From a virus: 41,032 nt of DNA. Position numbers and translations under genes: made by a program. Location: IMG/VR virus record IMGVR_UViG_3300045988_116178, positions 1-41,032 of that record; one strand, given 5' to 3'. Below, in pieces: positions 16,362-27,096 of this stretch. The notes below the pieces were generated by a model, which was given only the letters and a program-made list of their open reading frames with translations, searched no databases and was not told where the DNA came from. Each line of letters begins with the position of its first letter. The stretch's first letter is position 1.

Positions 16362-17080
16362 AACGCACCACCCAACCTGTTCACCAAAGTCTCATACGAC
16401 CAGCCAGCCGTCCACTTGTAGCCCAAGCGCTTAGCTTCATTCCACGTAGCAGCCCCGCCAGCAAAACCGCCAGAAAACGCAGACAACTGCAACACTGGAA
16501 AAGGCTTCTCAACCCACTCGATGTCCACCCTGTGAACACCCTGAGTATCCACGCGCGACACAGTAACCTTAGACACAAGCACACAACGCACTTGAGGAAC
16601 CCCCAACGCGGGCCTGTCCAACGCCACACTCACCAAACCGCGAGACTCCAGCACCTGCATGAAAGACTTAATTAACTCGGGCGACGACTCAAGCCACACG
16701 CGGCAACCGCCCTCACGACGCGCAGTACCAAACCTAACGACACCATTAGAAAACTCGCTCACACCAGTGTCGCTAGTCCAATCATCCGCAGGCCCCTCAT
16801 AAAAGTCCACAGCAACCTGAACGCCGTCAACGCTAGTAAACAACGCGCCACCCTCACGACACTTAACCGTGCGAGTCAACGCAACCTGCTTACCAGCAAA
16901 CTTATATGTTACAGCTACGCCGGGCGGCGCGAAAATATCAGACACGTAAGCCACGCCACCATTATTGTTCTCGAACACGACACGGCCATCAGCCGTCTCC
17001 AGCTTCCCGCGCCCCTCAACCTTAAAACAAGGTAGGCCGGTCACACTATTAACCCAGCCAGACAACACAGCCATAAGCAC
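16358..17080 (-). CDS. Minor tail protein (in the distal tail protein position)
   Basis: 240 aa, immediately downstream of the tape measure. Confidence 0.6.
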   Translation of the reverse strand: MLMAVLSGWVNSVTGLPCFKVEGRGKLETADGRVVFENNNGGVAYVSDIFAPPGVAVTYKFAGKQVALTRTVKCREGGALFTSVDGVQVAVDFYEGPADDWTSDTGVSEFSNGVVRFGTARREGGCRVWLESSPELIKSFMQVLESRGLVSVALDRPALGVPQVRCVLVSKVTVSRVDTQGVHRVDIEWVEKPFPVLQLSAFSGGFAGGAATWNEAKRLGYKWTAGWSYETLVNRLGGAL

Positions 17081-17181
17081 TCACACTCCCTTCCACTACT
17101 ATCAAACAACACAAGGGCACCATGCTAGGCGCACACCCACAAGCATACCACAAACAGGCATGCGCCTAGCATGAAGGCATG

Positions 17182-20100
17182 TTAGCCGTAGACGGCCTCA
17201 AAGCCAGCCTCAACGCGACTATCCGCAACATCAGACACGTAAGCCGGGAAACTCTCGCCATCAACAGTCAAATTAATCTTCGCACCATTCAAAGACGAAG
17301 GATCAATCTTAGCCTGGACAGTCAGATTCTCCTTAAACTCAGCGTTAACACCACGGAACGCCCGGACATTAGCAGCCTTAGCCTCCAACGCTTCCACAGA
17401 GTCCTGCGCGATATTCTCAGCAGCCAAAACAGCCTGCTTACCCTCACGCTCAATACCCTGAGCGAACCCCTCAGAGAACGAATAACCGAAACGGCGAGTA
17501 GCCTTAGACGGCGAATTAATCTCCAAAGCGCTCTTTATAACAGCCAGCGCACTGTTAGCAACACTCTGAGCAGCAGAACGCACCTTACCCTGATTACCAT
17601 AAATACCATCAGAGAACCCAGACGCAAACGAACCACCAGCACTATATGAGGACACGCTATTCAAACCAGACACACCACTATTAGCAGCAGACTGACCAGC
17701 CAAATACACATCATGACCACGATCCGTACCAGCAATAAAACTGTTAATCGACGCAACACCAGCATCATTCCACCTAGGCTTACCGGCCTGTAGACCGTTA
17801 ACGCCCTGACCAGTCACAATACCAGCCGCATTACGAACAGCATCCATACCACTAGACACCCCGTTAGCAAACCCGAAAGCAGACTCAGAGCCAGCACCCT
17901 TGAAAGCGTCAACGCGAGTATTACCTTCCTTCTGCCACTGGCCCACAATATTACCAGTCAAAGGATCAACAGCATCCGGGATAGAATACAAAGCCCCATC
18001 ACGGAACTGGAGCATAATCTTCCCACCCTCATCACGCATCGTAATACCAAGATCAGACAACGCAGACTGCAACTGATCCGACGTAGTAGCCTTCAACACC
18101 TCGGAAGCGTCAACACCCTCCTGAGAAAGAACATTAGACAACGAGCCGCGCAAGCCCTCAAAGTTGCGACGAATCACGTCGCTACCCTCAAGAGCGCCCT
18201 GAGCGTTAATAGCCTTCAACCTGTCCATACCAGACTGAGCTTCAGCAGCCAAAGTGTCATTAGCCTTCCGCAACTCGTCCCGAGCAGCCTCGCCGCCCTG
18301 ACGATACTTATCCGCAAGCTGTTGCGCATAGTTAGCGCCAAACTCAGTATGCTGCAATGTCTCAATAGCCTTAGTATCAAAACCAGCCTGCATAAGAGTC
18401 TTTAGGTTGTTAGCGAAGTCAGCCTGAGCCTTCTGCTGCTCCCGCAACTTCTCCAAATAGGTATCAACACTCTTCACAGCCTCACCAGAAGCATCACGAG
18501 AAGCCTTACCAACATTAGAGAAAGCATCACTAGTCTTACCCAGCACGTCAACGCCCTGAGAAGCCTGACTGAACGTCAAACCCCAACGAGACGCAGACTT
18601 ATCCAACAAGCCATTCAACGCGCCCAACGTCCTGTTACGCGCCTCCAAAGCATCCACGTTGTCACGAGCAATACTAGCAGTACCAGCCATCGCAATGTTC
18701 AACAAGGACGCTTGGTCAGTAGACTTGCCCATCTGAGCCGCATACAGTTCAAGCTCACCGCGCAAAGCGGGACTGTCCTGCAACATGCGGCCCAACGCCG
18801 CGCGAATATCATTAGCCGGAACGCCAGCAGCGCGCCAAGAATCAGCCAAAGCCTTCATGTTCCTGATAGCAGCCGGGCCATCCTTCTCAGCCAAGCTATT
18901 CAGACTGTTAGCGAACTCGCGAGTCTTATCCGCAAGGTGAGAAACCTCAGCAGAAGCAGCACTGCCATGCTTATCGATCCAACCAAAGATACCAGACTGG
19001 CTACCGCCGTTCTTAGAGTACTGTTCCAAGGACGCTTGTACAGCGTTAACCTTACCTTTTAACGCGGTAGGTAGTGAAGCTAGGTTAGCCAAGTTCCAGA
19101 AGCCACCCTGATAGGTAGGAGCAGTAGTAAGGTTAGCAGCCTCATCCCGAATCTTACGGAAATCAACACTCATGTTATAAGCAGCGACATGAACCTTCTC
19201 CTGAGCCGTGCTCAAAGTAGAAGCAATGCGCTCAGTCTGCTTACCAACATTCTCGCCAAACTTCTGACTATCACGCTCCAACAAAACAAACGCAGCAGTA
19301 ATAGCCCCCAAAGCCACGGTAATCGGGGTAGCCAAAGCAGCCAAACCAGTCAACCCAGTCCCGACAGCAGACAAGCCCTTACCAGCAATACCAGCAGCGC
19401 CGCCCATCTTAGACAAGTTGCCGCCCGTGAGAGAAGCCCAACGAGCAAAATCAGACAACCTCACGCCAGCCTTATCAACCACGCCCAGAAGCGCGGTAAC
19501 AGGCCCGCTAACAGCCTTCCAACCCTTAAACGCCAAGAACCCGCCAACCATAAGTTCAGCAGCCGAAGGAACCCGCGTGAACGCATCCACCAGCCGTAAA
19601 GCGGCCTCAGCCATGCGAGTCAACAACGGAGCAACCCGGTCAATCGCAGAAGCCATCCGGCCACCCAAAGACAAAGCAACACGCGACAGTACTGGCTCCA
19701 GCTTCACAACCGCCGTAGACAACGCGCCAAGCGTAGAAGCAATAACCGGCCCGAAGCCGCGAGCAAACGAACCCGCCACACGCAACAACGAACCCAAACC
19801 ATCACCAAGACGCGGCCAAACCTTATCCAAACTCCTAACGCCCACAGCCAAATCAGCAAAGAACTGACGCAAGCCAGTCTGGAACGACGTAGACGACAAG
19901 GACTTAAACAAGCCAGCAGTCAAACCACCAGCCGCCGCGCCCATATCACCAGCAGCAACCTTAAAAGTCTCACTAGTCTTAACCCAGAAAGCATTCCACT
20001 CTCCACCAACCTGAGACTTAAACTTACCCCAAGCCAAGCGAGCACCCTCAAGCACATTCTTAAACCCAGTAATAAAACCCTGAGTACGAACAACGTCAGC

Positions 20101-21948
20101 AGCGTGCTTCAAACCGCCAGCCAAAGCATCAACCGTAGCACCCCCAGCCTCACGAGCAACAGCCGTCAAACCACTAAACAGGCGGCCAGTCTGGTACAAA
20201 ACCTTACCGAGTGCCTGAAATTCTCGCATACCATTATCAAGAATCTCCTGCAAACGCCCGGTACGCTCAGCCTGCTCAAGCCAGTCAGCCCACTTATCAG
20301 TAGCACGACCAAGCCAACCAAGCAAATCTTCAAAAGCGTTAGTGCCAACATCACCAAGAACGCGAAGAACCTTAGCGAAACCGTCACTGTGCTTAGCAAG
20401 CTCCTCCATAGCGCGGCCAGTGTGCTCAAACTGGCGTTCCATAGCCGGACCAACAATCTTCTCCAACGATACAAGGACACTCGCGAAATGCTCGCCAGCA
20501 GCCTGAGACGTACGCTTCAAACCATCACGCAAACGCGGGAACAACCCCGCATAAGCCTCCTCAAAACGCCCCTTAGCCTCACGCCAGAACGAAGAACCCA
20601 TCTCCTTAGACAAATTCTTAAAATCGTCCTTAATATGCGTAATATGGTCGCCAATGTTCTTCAACGGGACAACAAACGAAGCCGCAAGAATACCAGCCGC
20701 AACAGCCATACCCGGAACCATAAGCCCCACAGCCTCAGCAGCCCGCACCACGCCAGCACCAATAGTCAACGTATGCATAGCCAACACACTAGCGGCAGAC
20801 GCGGCCACAGCCAAACCAGAAGCCATAAGACCAATCAATGGAACAGCCTTATCCATGTTCTTAACCATATCCCACAAGCGCGTAGACAGGTCACGAGCAA
20901 GACGGAAACCACTCAAAGCATCCAAAGCAGTCTTAGCCGCAATAAACGCCTTACTATCAACAATCGGCTTAAACGACACCCAACGGTCACGAGCCAACAA
21001 CGCAAGACGCGCACCAGTAATATACCGGGCAGAATGATCCAACCCAAGCTTAAACTCTAGCTCAGTCTTATCCCACTGGCGCTTAAAGTGACGCAACTCG
21101 CGGCCAATCCTACGCAAATCTCCACGATCCATATTAGGCTTAATGTCAAACTCGAAATTATCGTGAGCGCCGAAAGCCTTCTCACGAATACGGCGACGAA
21201 TCCCGTCCAACACAGAATCCAAACGGCCAGACTTAACCTCACTATCAAGGTCAACAACATACTTCCAATTCTGACGGCGGCCAAACTCTTCACGAATCCG
21301 GCCATCAGCCTCAAGAAGCTTATCAACAGAAGACCCAGCAACCTCAAACTCAACCTGCCCACGATACTCCTTCTTAAAGAAGCCGTCCAGCTCTCCACGA
21401 ATCTGACTCTTCCAATCGTCAGCCGGGTAAATCTGAATCTGAGCCTTCTTGCTCTCCAAAGCCTTCAAGAACCGGGGCAGCTCATGTTCCCAAGGGAAAT
21501 AGTTACCACTCTTAGACGCAATCGGGTGAGCCTCAAAAGCCTTACCCTCAAAAATAGCGCGATGCTTACGACGCAACGCATCAAGACTCTTATCCAAATC
21601 ACTGAAAGAATGCTTCAACCGGCCAGCGCGCTCAGCCTCAACCTGAATCCTCTCGCGCTCCAACTCAGCCAGACTCTTAGCCACATTCTGCTGATCCAAC
21701 TCCAAGCGCACCTCTTGAGTGACAGGACGCAAACGGCGCTCAATCTCACGATGCAACTCGGTAGCACGTTGCGCGGCCCGCTCCTCCTCAAGCTCAACCT
21801 CAACATTTATAGGATCAAGCGACTTCTCTAACAGTTTAACCTGACGGCGCGTCTCATGCCACATCTCAGCCGTAGCCGGAAGAATCTTAACAGCAAGCCA
21901 CGCAATCTCAGGAACGCTCTCTCCACCAATATCAATAACATCAGGCAC
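17182..21948 (-). CDS. Tape measure protein
   Basis: 1588 aa with a coiled-coil N-terminus and a central Gly/Ala-rich hydrophobic region. Follows the chaperone pair. GTG start after GGGGTGGTGA. Confidence 0.95.
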   Translation of the reverse strand: MPDVIDIGGESVPEIAWLAVKILPATAEMWHETRRQVKLLEKSLDPINVEVELEEERAAQRATELHREIERRLRPVTQEVRLELDQQNVAKSLAELERERIQVEAERAGRLKHSFSDLDKSLDALRRKHRAIFEGKAFEAHPIASKSGNYFPWEHELPRFLKALESKKAQIQIYPADDWKSQIRGELDGFFKKEYRGQVEFEVAGSSVDKLLEADGRIREEFGRRQNWKYVVDLDSEVKSGRLDSVLDGIRRRIREKAFGAHDNFEFDIKPNMDRGDLRRIGRELRHFKRQWDKTELEFKLGLDHSARYITGARLALLARDRWVSFKPIVDSKAFIAAKTALDALSGFRLARDLSTRLWDMVKNMDKAVPLIGLMASGLAVAASAASVLAMHTLTIGAGVVRAAEAVGLMVPGMAVAAGILAASFVVPLKNIGDHITHIKDDFKNLSKEMGSSFWREAKGRFEEAYAGLFPRLRDGLKRTSQAAGEHFASVLVSLEKIVGPAMERQFEHTGRAMEELAKHSDGFAKVLRVLGDVGTNAFEDLLGWLGRATDKWADWLEQAERTGRLQEILDNGMREFQALGKVLYQTGRLFSGLTAVAREAGGATVDALAGGLKHAADVVRTQGFITGFKNVLEGARLAWGKFKSQVGGEWNAFWVKTSETFKVAAGDMGAAAGGLTAGLFKSLSSTSFQTGLRQFFADLAVGVRSLDKVWPRLGDGLGSLLRVAGSFARGFGPVIASTLGALSTAVVKLEPVLSRVALSLGGRMASAIDRVAPLLTRMAEAALRLVDAFTRVPSAAELMVGGFLAFKGWKAVSGPVTALLGVVDKAGVRLSDFARWASLTGGNLSKMGGAAGIAGKGLSAVGTGLTGLAALATPITVALGAITAAFVLLERDSQKFGENVGKQTERIASTLSTAQEKVHVAAYNMSVDFRKIRDEAANLTTAPTYQGGFWNLANLASLPTALKGKVNAVQASLEQYSKNGGSQSGIFGWIDKHGSAASAEVSHLADKTREFANSLNSLAEKDGPAAIRNMKALADSWRAAGVPANDIRAALGRMLQDSPALRGELELYAAQMGKSTDQASLLNIAMAGTASIARDNVDALEARNRTLGALNGLLDKSASRWGLTFSQASQGVDVLGKTSDAFSNVGKASRDASGEAVKSVDTYLEKLREQQKAQADFANNLKTLMQAGFDTKAIETLQHTEFGANYAQQLADKYRQGGEAARDELRKANDTLAAEAQSGMDRLKAINAQGALEGSDVIRRNFEGLRGSLSNVLSQEGVDASEVLKATTSDQLQSALSDLGITMRDEGGKIMLQFRDGALYSIPDAVDPLTGNIVGQWQKEGNTRVDAFKGAGSESAFGFANGVSSGMDAVRNAAGIVTGQGVNGLQAGKPRWNDAGVASINSFIAGTDRGHDVYLAGQSAANSGVSGLNSVSSYSAGGSFASGFSDGIYGNQGKVRSAAQSVANSALAVIKSALEINSPSKATRRFGYSFSEGFAQGIEREGKQAVLAAENIAQDSVEALEAKAANVRAFRGVNAEFKENLTVQAKIDPSSLNGAKINLTVDGESFPAYVSDVADSRVEAGFEAVYG

Positions 21949-21971
21949 TAACTATCACCACCCCACGCAAC

Positions 21972-22009
21972 AAAAAAAGGGGAAGGCCACCACACCGGCA
22001 ACCTTCCCC
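21972..22009 (-). terminator. Intrinsic terminator-like hairpin between the tail chaperone and tape measure genes
   Basis: ggggaagg (21979-21986) pairs with ccttcccc (22002-22009). On the minus strand it is followed by TTTTTTT (21972-21978). Confidence 0.55.
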
Positions 22010-22024
22010 AAAACATAATGACAA

Positions 22025-22788
22025 CTATTCGTCGTCGAAATCAACTTCTTCCCACTCAACAAGCCCCAAAGACTCGCCCCATGAGACCAACTCGCGCAAA
22101 GACAAGCCCTCAGACTCTTTCCTAACGTCCTCAGCAGTCTTAGCCTTCGGACGCGGATACGGCTCAATAGGAACCTTCCCACCGGCAAGCCCCTTCATCA
22201 ACGCCTGAATCAGATCATACGTGTCCTCCAAGACCACGGTATCCCTAGTCCTACCCAAGAACCTATTGTCACCCAGCTTCTTAGCAACATAACGCGATCC
22301 AACAGGCAGCTCGTCAATCAACTTGACAAGCATCGCGGGCGGCGGGTAGGTGCCGACAGTCAGAGTCTTAACAATATCAATATTGTAATGCTCTAACATG
22401 TCAGCACACACTTCCCACAAGCAGCCGTCAAGAGCCTTCTTAAGGGCTAGGCTTCCCCCACCTGAGTAACCTTAAAGTACTTAGCGATCAACGTCACCAA
22501 GCCGCCCGGAACCTTAGTAACAGACTCCAAAACCTTACGAACCTTCGGCGTATCCCCGCCCGCAAGAAGAATAAACAACTCAGTATAACGCTCAAGAAGC
22601 TCACCCATGTTAAACCCGCGCTCTGAATCGTCCTCATACTTGCCGATACGCAGCAGCTTCTCATAACGATCAAACTCGTCTGCATCAAGCAACGCGATAT
22701 TACGCAAACGCACGCCGCCCACAACAAGCGACGGGCTATTCTCTTCTACGAGTTCCTGCAAATCTTCAATGTTAATTTCAATCGACAT
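22025..22788 (-). CDS. Tail assembly chaperone fusion (GT-like) via -1 frameshift near 22455-22459
   Basis: The downstream ORF is in the -1 frame and is open only from 22471. A G5 run followed by AA (gtGGGGGAAgcc) lies in the 25-nt window before the G stop. Confidence 0.65.
22447..22788 (-). CDS. Tail assembly chaperone (G-like)
   Basis: 113 aa between the major tail and tape measure genes, ending ...KVTQVGEA. Confidence 0.75.
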   Translation of the reverse strand: MSIEINIEDLQELVEENSPSLVVGGVRLRNIALLDADEFDRYEKLLRIGKYEDDSERGFNMGELLERYTELFILLAGGDTPKVRKVLESVTKVPGGLVTLIAKYFKVTQVGEA

Positions 22789-22807
22789 AAAATGTCCCCT
22801 TTCCTAG

Positions 22808-22852
22808 AAACAACAAACGTGTGCAACATGCCCAGCGCGGGGCATGCCTGCA
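22808..22852 (-). terminator. Terminator-like hairpin after the major tail protein gene
   Basis: catgccc (22827-22833) pairs with gggcatg (22840-22846), plus outer tgca/tgca pairs. A T-rich tail acgTTTGTTGTTTCT follows on the minus strand. Confidence 0.45.
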
Positions 22853-22886
22853 ACACTAGCAAACATACCCCACGCTCAGGCTAATG

Positions 22887-23471
22887 TCAAGCCACAGTCT
22901 TAGTGGCAGCAGACATCTTAAACGAATTACCCTCAGAATCCTGCAAGAACGTAAACTTCAAAGGCATCTCAATGAAACCATCCTTGTTAGTAGGAGTAAA
23001 ATCACCGTTACCCACGACAGCAACCTTACGGCCACCCATCACAAGCGCCATATCAGCATCGCGAGCAATCATCAACAGGGCCAGTTCCTCAGGCTTAGGA
23101 GCCGTAGGAGCATTAATGTAACCATTCGCGTCAACAGTCGCGTTAATACCAAAGAACCGCTTAATCGAATCCTCATCGAACTGAACCAAAGCGCCTTCCG
23201 CACTCCACTCGATAGACGTGGACTTCACGCGGAACTTCTCAACCTGCAAAGTAGACTTAGTAGAAAGCTCTCCACCAGTCTTCGCAATCTTAAGGCCAGT
23301 CTCACTAGACATGTGGCCGATAGGCTTCCACGCCGTCAAAGCCGCAGTTTTCTTAGACGCGGAAACAAGATCACCAACCTTCGGCAAAGCCGTATTCGCG
23401 TCAGCAATGTACACGTCGAAAACCTCACGCGACATCACCTTATCATCAACCAAAGCACCATTAACTGCCAT
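22887..23471 (-). CDS. Major tail protein
   Basis: 194 aa, immediately upstream of the chaperone pair and followed by a terminator-like hairpin. Confidence 0.8.
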   Translation of the reverse strand: MAVNGALVDDKVMSREVFDVYIADANTALPKVGDLVSASKKTAALTAWKPIGHMSSETGLKIAKTGGELSTKSTLQVEKFRVKSTSIEWSAEGALVQFDEDSIKRFFGINATVDANGYINAPTAPKPEELALLMIARDADMALVMGGRKVAVVGNGDFTPTNKDGFIEMPLKFTFLQDSEGNSFKMSAATKTVA

Positions 23472-23497
23472 AAACTATCACACTCCAAACAAATATA

Positions 23498-23971
23498 TTA
23501 CTTACGATGAATAACCCGTACTCGCATCCACGCTTCATAGCGTTCAACGAACTGAGGCAAATCCTGATACTGAACGGGACCACTAGCGTCCTGCCAGTCA
23601 GACCTACGCAAAGGCTCCATAACCAGCTTAGACCAGACAATAACCTGACCATCACCCACGCTATCCCCACGCAGCGCAGCATCCTTCACAGCGTTAACCG
23701 CCGCCCAACACAAGTTAGCAGCGTCAATATCAGCATCAATACCCCGACAAAACGAGTGAATATTAAAACTAAGAATATCCGACTGGTCACTCGTAGGCGA
23801 CTGACCTTCGCTCACACGCGCGCTAGACACCAACACGAAAGGAAACTGAGGATTCTCCTCCACGCGAGACAACACGCGAACATAACCCGGCAACACCTTC
23901 CTGAGAATACCGGGAATAACGTCCTCAGCCAGAAGCCTCCGCCCAGCTAAATGTTTAAAAGTCTCATCCAA
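23498..23971 (-). CDS. Tail terminator / tail completion candidate
   Basis: Position only. Start taken at the TTG at 23971, 8 nt after the upstream stop. The ORF-track start at 24034 overlaps the previous gene. Confidence 0.5.
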   Translation of the reverse strand: MDETFKHLAGRRLLAEDVIPGILRKVLPGYVRVLSRVEENPQFPFVLVSSARVSEGQSPTSDQSDILSFNIHSFCRGIDADIDAANLCWAAVNAVKDAALRGDSVGDGQVIVWSKLVMEPLRRSDWQDASGPVQYQDLPQFVERYEAWMRVRVIHRK

Positions 23972-23978
23972 ACACCTG

Positions 23979-24341
23979 TCACCCCCGATACTCAATACCA
24001 GCACGCAACGCCCCCACAGGGCGACGCGCAGCAACCCACTTCACAACCATCTTCCCAGTCTTACGATCACGCCTGTAACGGTAGCCAGCCGGATACCCAT
24101 ACTCGATAGCAGCAGCAGCATGACGACCACGATCATCAGACAAACCAAAATAGCCATCCGTCGCGCCAAACGCGACAACGATCCGGCTATGCCCCTCACG
24201 CTTATGAGACGCCAAAACGCCCTCAGCGACCTGAGCGCGCTTAACAGTCTCATCACGCACAGCAGCCTTCACAATAGGCATGTGAGAAACAACCTTATTC
24301 AACCGCTTAGGTGTCATCAACATTCCAGCCACAAGCACCAC
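23979..24341 (-). CDS. Head-tail joining protein (in the HK97 gp10-like position)
   Basis: 120 aa, position in the connector module. Confidence 0.5.
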   Translation of the reverse strand: MVLVAGMLMTPKRLNKVVSHMPIVKAAVRDETVKRAQVAEGVLASHKREGHSRIVVAFGATDGYFGLSDDRGRHAAAAIEYGYPAGYRYRRDRKTGKMVVKWVAARRPVGALRAGIEYRG

Positions 24342-24350
24342 TCCCCTCTT

Positions 24351-24896
24351 CTACAGGTGATCCCAGTCCTCATAACTCCCGCTAGGCGCGATAGCCTCTG
24401 CCTCAACAGCATCATGCACGCGCGCAATATCGCCGCCATGAGACGGGTGAGCCGTCATCTCCCAATGAGACGTGCGCCTAGTGCCACGCTTAAACACGGG
24501 CGGAGCGCTAATATCCCACATGCGGCCATCGAAGCTGATCTGAGTCCAAGGCCCAACAGGAACGTCCTGCCCCGACTCGTGCCCCGTATAACGCCGCATC
24601 AAGTCAGCCAACACTCTACCATCCTCAGCTATGGGGGACACGTAGAACTTGACTTCCTCATTAGTCAACTGGCCGGGAATCTCGCCCCTAGAAGTAGCCA
24701 AAGACTGGTAGCTCATGCGCACCGCCACCGCCCCATCAGTCTTATAAGTCTTCCCGCCCATCGGGATAGTAGCGTCTTGCGGGACAACAACACGATTGCC
24801 CCGCGAATCCGTAACAATAAACCTTGGATACAAGAAACCCAGCTGAAACGGAATCAACCCGTCAAGCCTGCCGCGCCTTTTACGTCCAACAGCCAT
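24351..24896 (-). CDS. Head-tail joining protein (in the head closure/stopper position)
   Basis: 181 aa, position in the connector module. Confidence 0.5.
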   Translation of the reverse strand: MAVGRKRRGRLDGLIPFQLGFLYPRFIVTDSRGNRVVVPQDATIPMGGKTYKTDGAVAVRMSYQSLATSRGEIPGQLTNEEVKFYVSPIAEDGRVLADLMRRYTGHESGQDVPVGPWTQISFDGRMWDISAPPVFKRGTRRTSHWEMTAHPSHGGDIARVHDAVEAEAIAPSGSYEDWDHL

Positions 24897-24902
24897 AACA
24901 CA

Positions 24903-25394
24903 TCACAACCGTTCTTCAAAGAACGCGGAAGCTAACGCCGTAGCCGGGGCAGGCGTGGGAGCAACCGTAGCCTCAGGCGCAACAGACTGCTCAGGCTGAG
25001 TAGGCGGCGTGTACAAGAACGTAGACACCGCGAACATAGAAGAACGACCACGCCCCGCACAACGACGCACAGTCTCCTTCTCATCCTCAGTCAAAAACAC
25101 CGTACCAGTCTTCTCCTGCAAGTCCGTATAATGCTCAGTCTCATCACCCGCGCGACTAACAGTCACCCCGTCCAAGAGGTTCATGAAACGGGACACGCTG
25201 TTACGGACCACTGTCTTAACGACAGGCGGCACATTCATAGGATTCCAATTAGGATTCCCCTCATGCCGAACTAGGTTAGACGCATCAACAATCGCAGCCT
25301 TAGCAACCTCCCGGTCCCGGCTAGACAGTGGGAAGGGAGACCGCGCCTCCAAATCCTCCAACGTAACCAAACTAGTTTCATTAAAAGAAGCCAA
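24903..25394 (-). CDS. Head-tail adaptor candidate
   Basis: 163 aa, first gene after the major capsid gene. TTG start 6 nt after GGGAGG. Confidence 0.55.
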   Translation of the reverse strand: MASFNETSLVTLEDLEARSPFPLSSRDREVAKAAIVDASNLVRHEGNPNWNPMNVPPVVKTVVRNSVSRFMNLLDGVTVSRAGDETEHYTDLQEKTGTVFLTEDEKETVRRCAGRGRSSMFAVSTFLYTPPTQPEQSVAPEATVAPTPAPATALASAFFEERL

Positions 25395-25433
25395 ACCCAG
25401 CCTCCCTTCCTACAATGTCAAACACCGCTACCG

Positions 25434-26495
25434 TCAGGCGTTAGCCTTCTCGACCAGGCTCTTAGGACGCGCCTTCAAGCCCAAGCCTGTAGCAACAGCA
25501 TCCTTATCCGTGCCAGTTGCGAAGAATGAGTCAGCAGCAGTATCGCCCATCGTAAGCTTAACAGCGCGGATAGCGTACTTGTCAGTAGACTGAGTCCACT
25601 GTCCGTTCTTCTCAAAGTACACAGGGTCCTTAACCTGAGTCCAACCAGCCCAAGCGTCAACGACGCTCTCATCGTACAGTCGGGACGGGTTGTACTGGCG
25701 CATCCAGCGAAGCGCGAAACCATCCAACGCGGCAGTGCCAGCAGCACCCACGTCATCGGGGCGACGGGGAGCGGCCTGAGCCATAACAAACGCGCCATCC
25801 GACAAGGCGTAAGCTTCACCGGGCTTAATGTCCTGAGAAACAACAACATCAAAGCCCTTAATACGGCCAATGGTTGCTTCACGGATAGCAGACGAAGCAC
25901 CATTCTCACCAATACCAGTAGAACGGTTGAAAGTCTCATCCATCTGCAACGCAGCATCAAAGTCAGTACCGACCAGAAGGATACGGTTCTTCATCGGGGC
26001 GCGAGTCTTGTTCAAGACGTGGCGCGCCATAGCGATAGAACGCAGAATATCGTTAGGATTCTTAACGCCCAGAGTGACAGCGTATTCGCCAGCAGAAAGC
26101 TGTGCCGCGCACTTAGCGTCAAGATAGTTAGCGATACCAGTCATCTGAGTCTGCAACAGGGACTGCCAGCCGGGACTATTCAAGTCGAACTCGAACTGCT
26201 CGTCGGTCAGCTGGACGCGCGAGTAGACGTGTGTTCCCAGAGTGACGGGAATCTTCGTTTCGCGGTAGGTGTCGATTTCCAGTTCAGCCGCACGGTTGTT
26301 ACGGAAAGCGTACTCGTGTGCGGGCAGGATACCGGGAACAACAATGTTAGCAGTGTCATTCACTGAACCCTTGAAGTCATCAAAGCCGATACGAGTAAAA
26401 GCCTTCGACGTGACCATTTCGCGTTCCATAAGGCGAACAGACAGGTCAGCGGCCTTCTTACTAAACTTTACAAATTCATTTTCTGTAATAGGCAT
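25434..26495 (-). CDS. Major capsid protein
   Basis: 353 aa with a GGAGG RBS, directly after the scaffold gene. Size and position are typical. Confidence 0.9.
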   Translation of the reverse strand: MPITENEFVKFSKKAADLSVRLMEREMVTSKAFTRIGFDDFKGSVNDTANIVVPGILPAHEYAFRNNRAAELEIDTYRETKIPVTLGTHVYSRVQLTDEQFEFDLNSPGWQSLLQTQMTGIANYLDAKCAAQLSAGEYAVTLGVKNPNDILRSIAMARHVLNKTRAPMKNRILLVGTDFDAALQMDETFNRSTGIGENGASSAIREATIGRIKGFDVVVSQDIKPGEAYALSDGAFVMAQAAPRRPDDVGAAGTAALDGFALRWMRQYNPSRLYDESVVDAWAGWTQVKDPVYFEKNGQWTQSTDKYAIRAVKLTMGDTAADSFFATGTDKDAVATGLGLKARPKSLVEKANA

Positions 26496-26547
26496 AAAAG
26501 TTTACCTCCAAAACATTAAACTTGAACCAAACAGACGCAGGCAACGT

Positions 26548-27096
26548 TTACCAGCGTCGGCGAGACATGCTCTCCAAAATCGCGTCAACATCAACCTCAT
26601 CAGCCACGTCCTCAGCCGGGGCAAGCCCCCCGCCCGAAGCGCGAACACCACTATTAGCCGCCCCGGTGATCTTAGCGATAGCCGCAAGCTGAGACTTCAA
26701 CTCGTCAACAGTCACGCCGGACAACGACTCAACGACCTCCATAGGCACAGACGGGAACAAAGACTGTGCTTCACGTTGAGCCGCACGCAACTCCTCGCGA
26801 GCCTCATACTCAGCGATACGAGCCTTCATTGCTTCCAAATCTTCAGTGGACGCGGCTTCAGCAAGCTCCTCACGGAGCCGCTTGTTGCTCTGACGGTGAC
26901 GCGCGTTCTCTTCACGCAATCCCTTAACAAGGTTGACAATCTCCTCAGAAGCCCCGTCTAGGATACTATGCTGAGGCTCCTGGCCTCCGGCATCCTTTCC
27001 CTGATCCGCAGCCTCCACAGGCGCTTCAGTAGCGCTTTCTGTGGACTGTGTATCCTTAGCGGCCTCTGTAGATTCTACTTGATTTTCTTCATGCAT
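26548..27096 (-). CDS. Scaffolding protein
   Basis: ATG at 27096 lies 8 nt after AGGAG. Acidic, helical and Ala/Glu-rich, between the MuF-like and capsid genes. Confidence 0.7.
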   Translation of the reverse strand: MHEENQVESTEAAKDTQSTESATEAPVEAADQGKDAGGQEPQHSILDGASEEIVNLVKGLREENARHRQSNKRLREELAEAASTEDLEAMKARIAEYEAREELRAAQREAQSLFPSVPMEVVESLSGVTVDELKSQLAAIAKITGAANSGVRASGGGLAPAEDVADEVDVDAILESMSRRRW

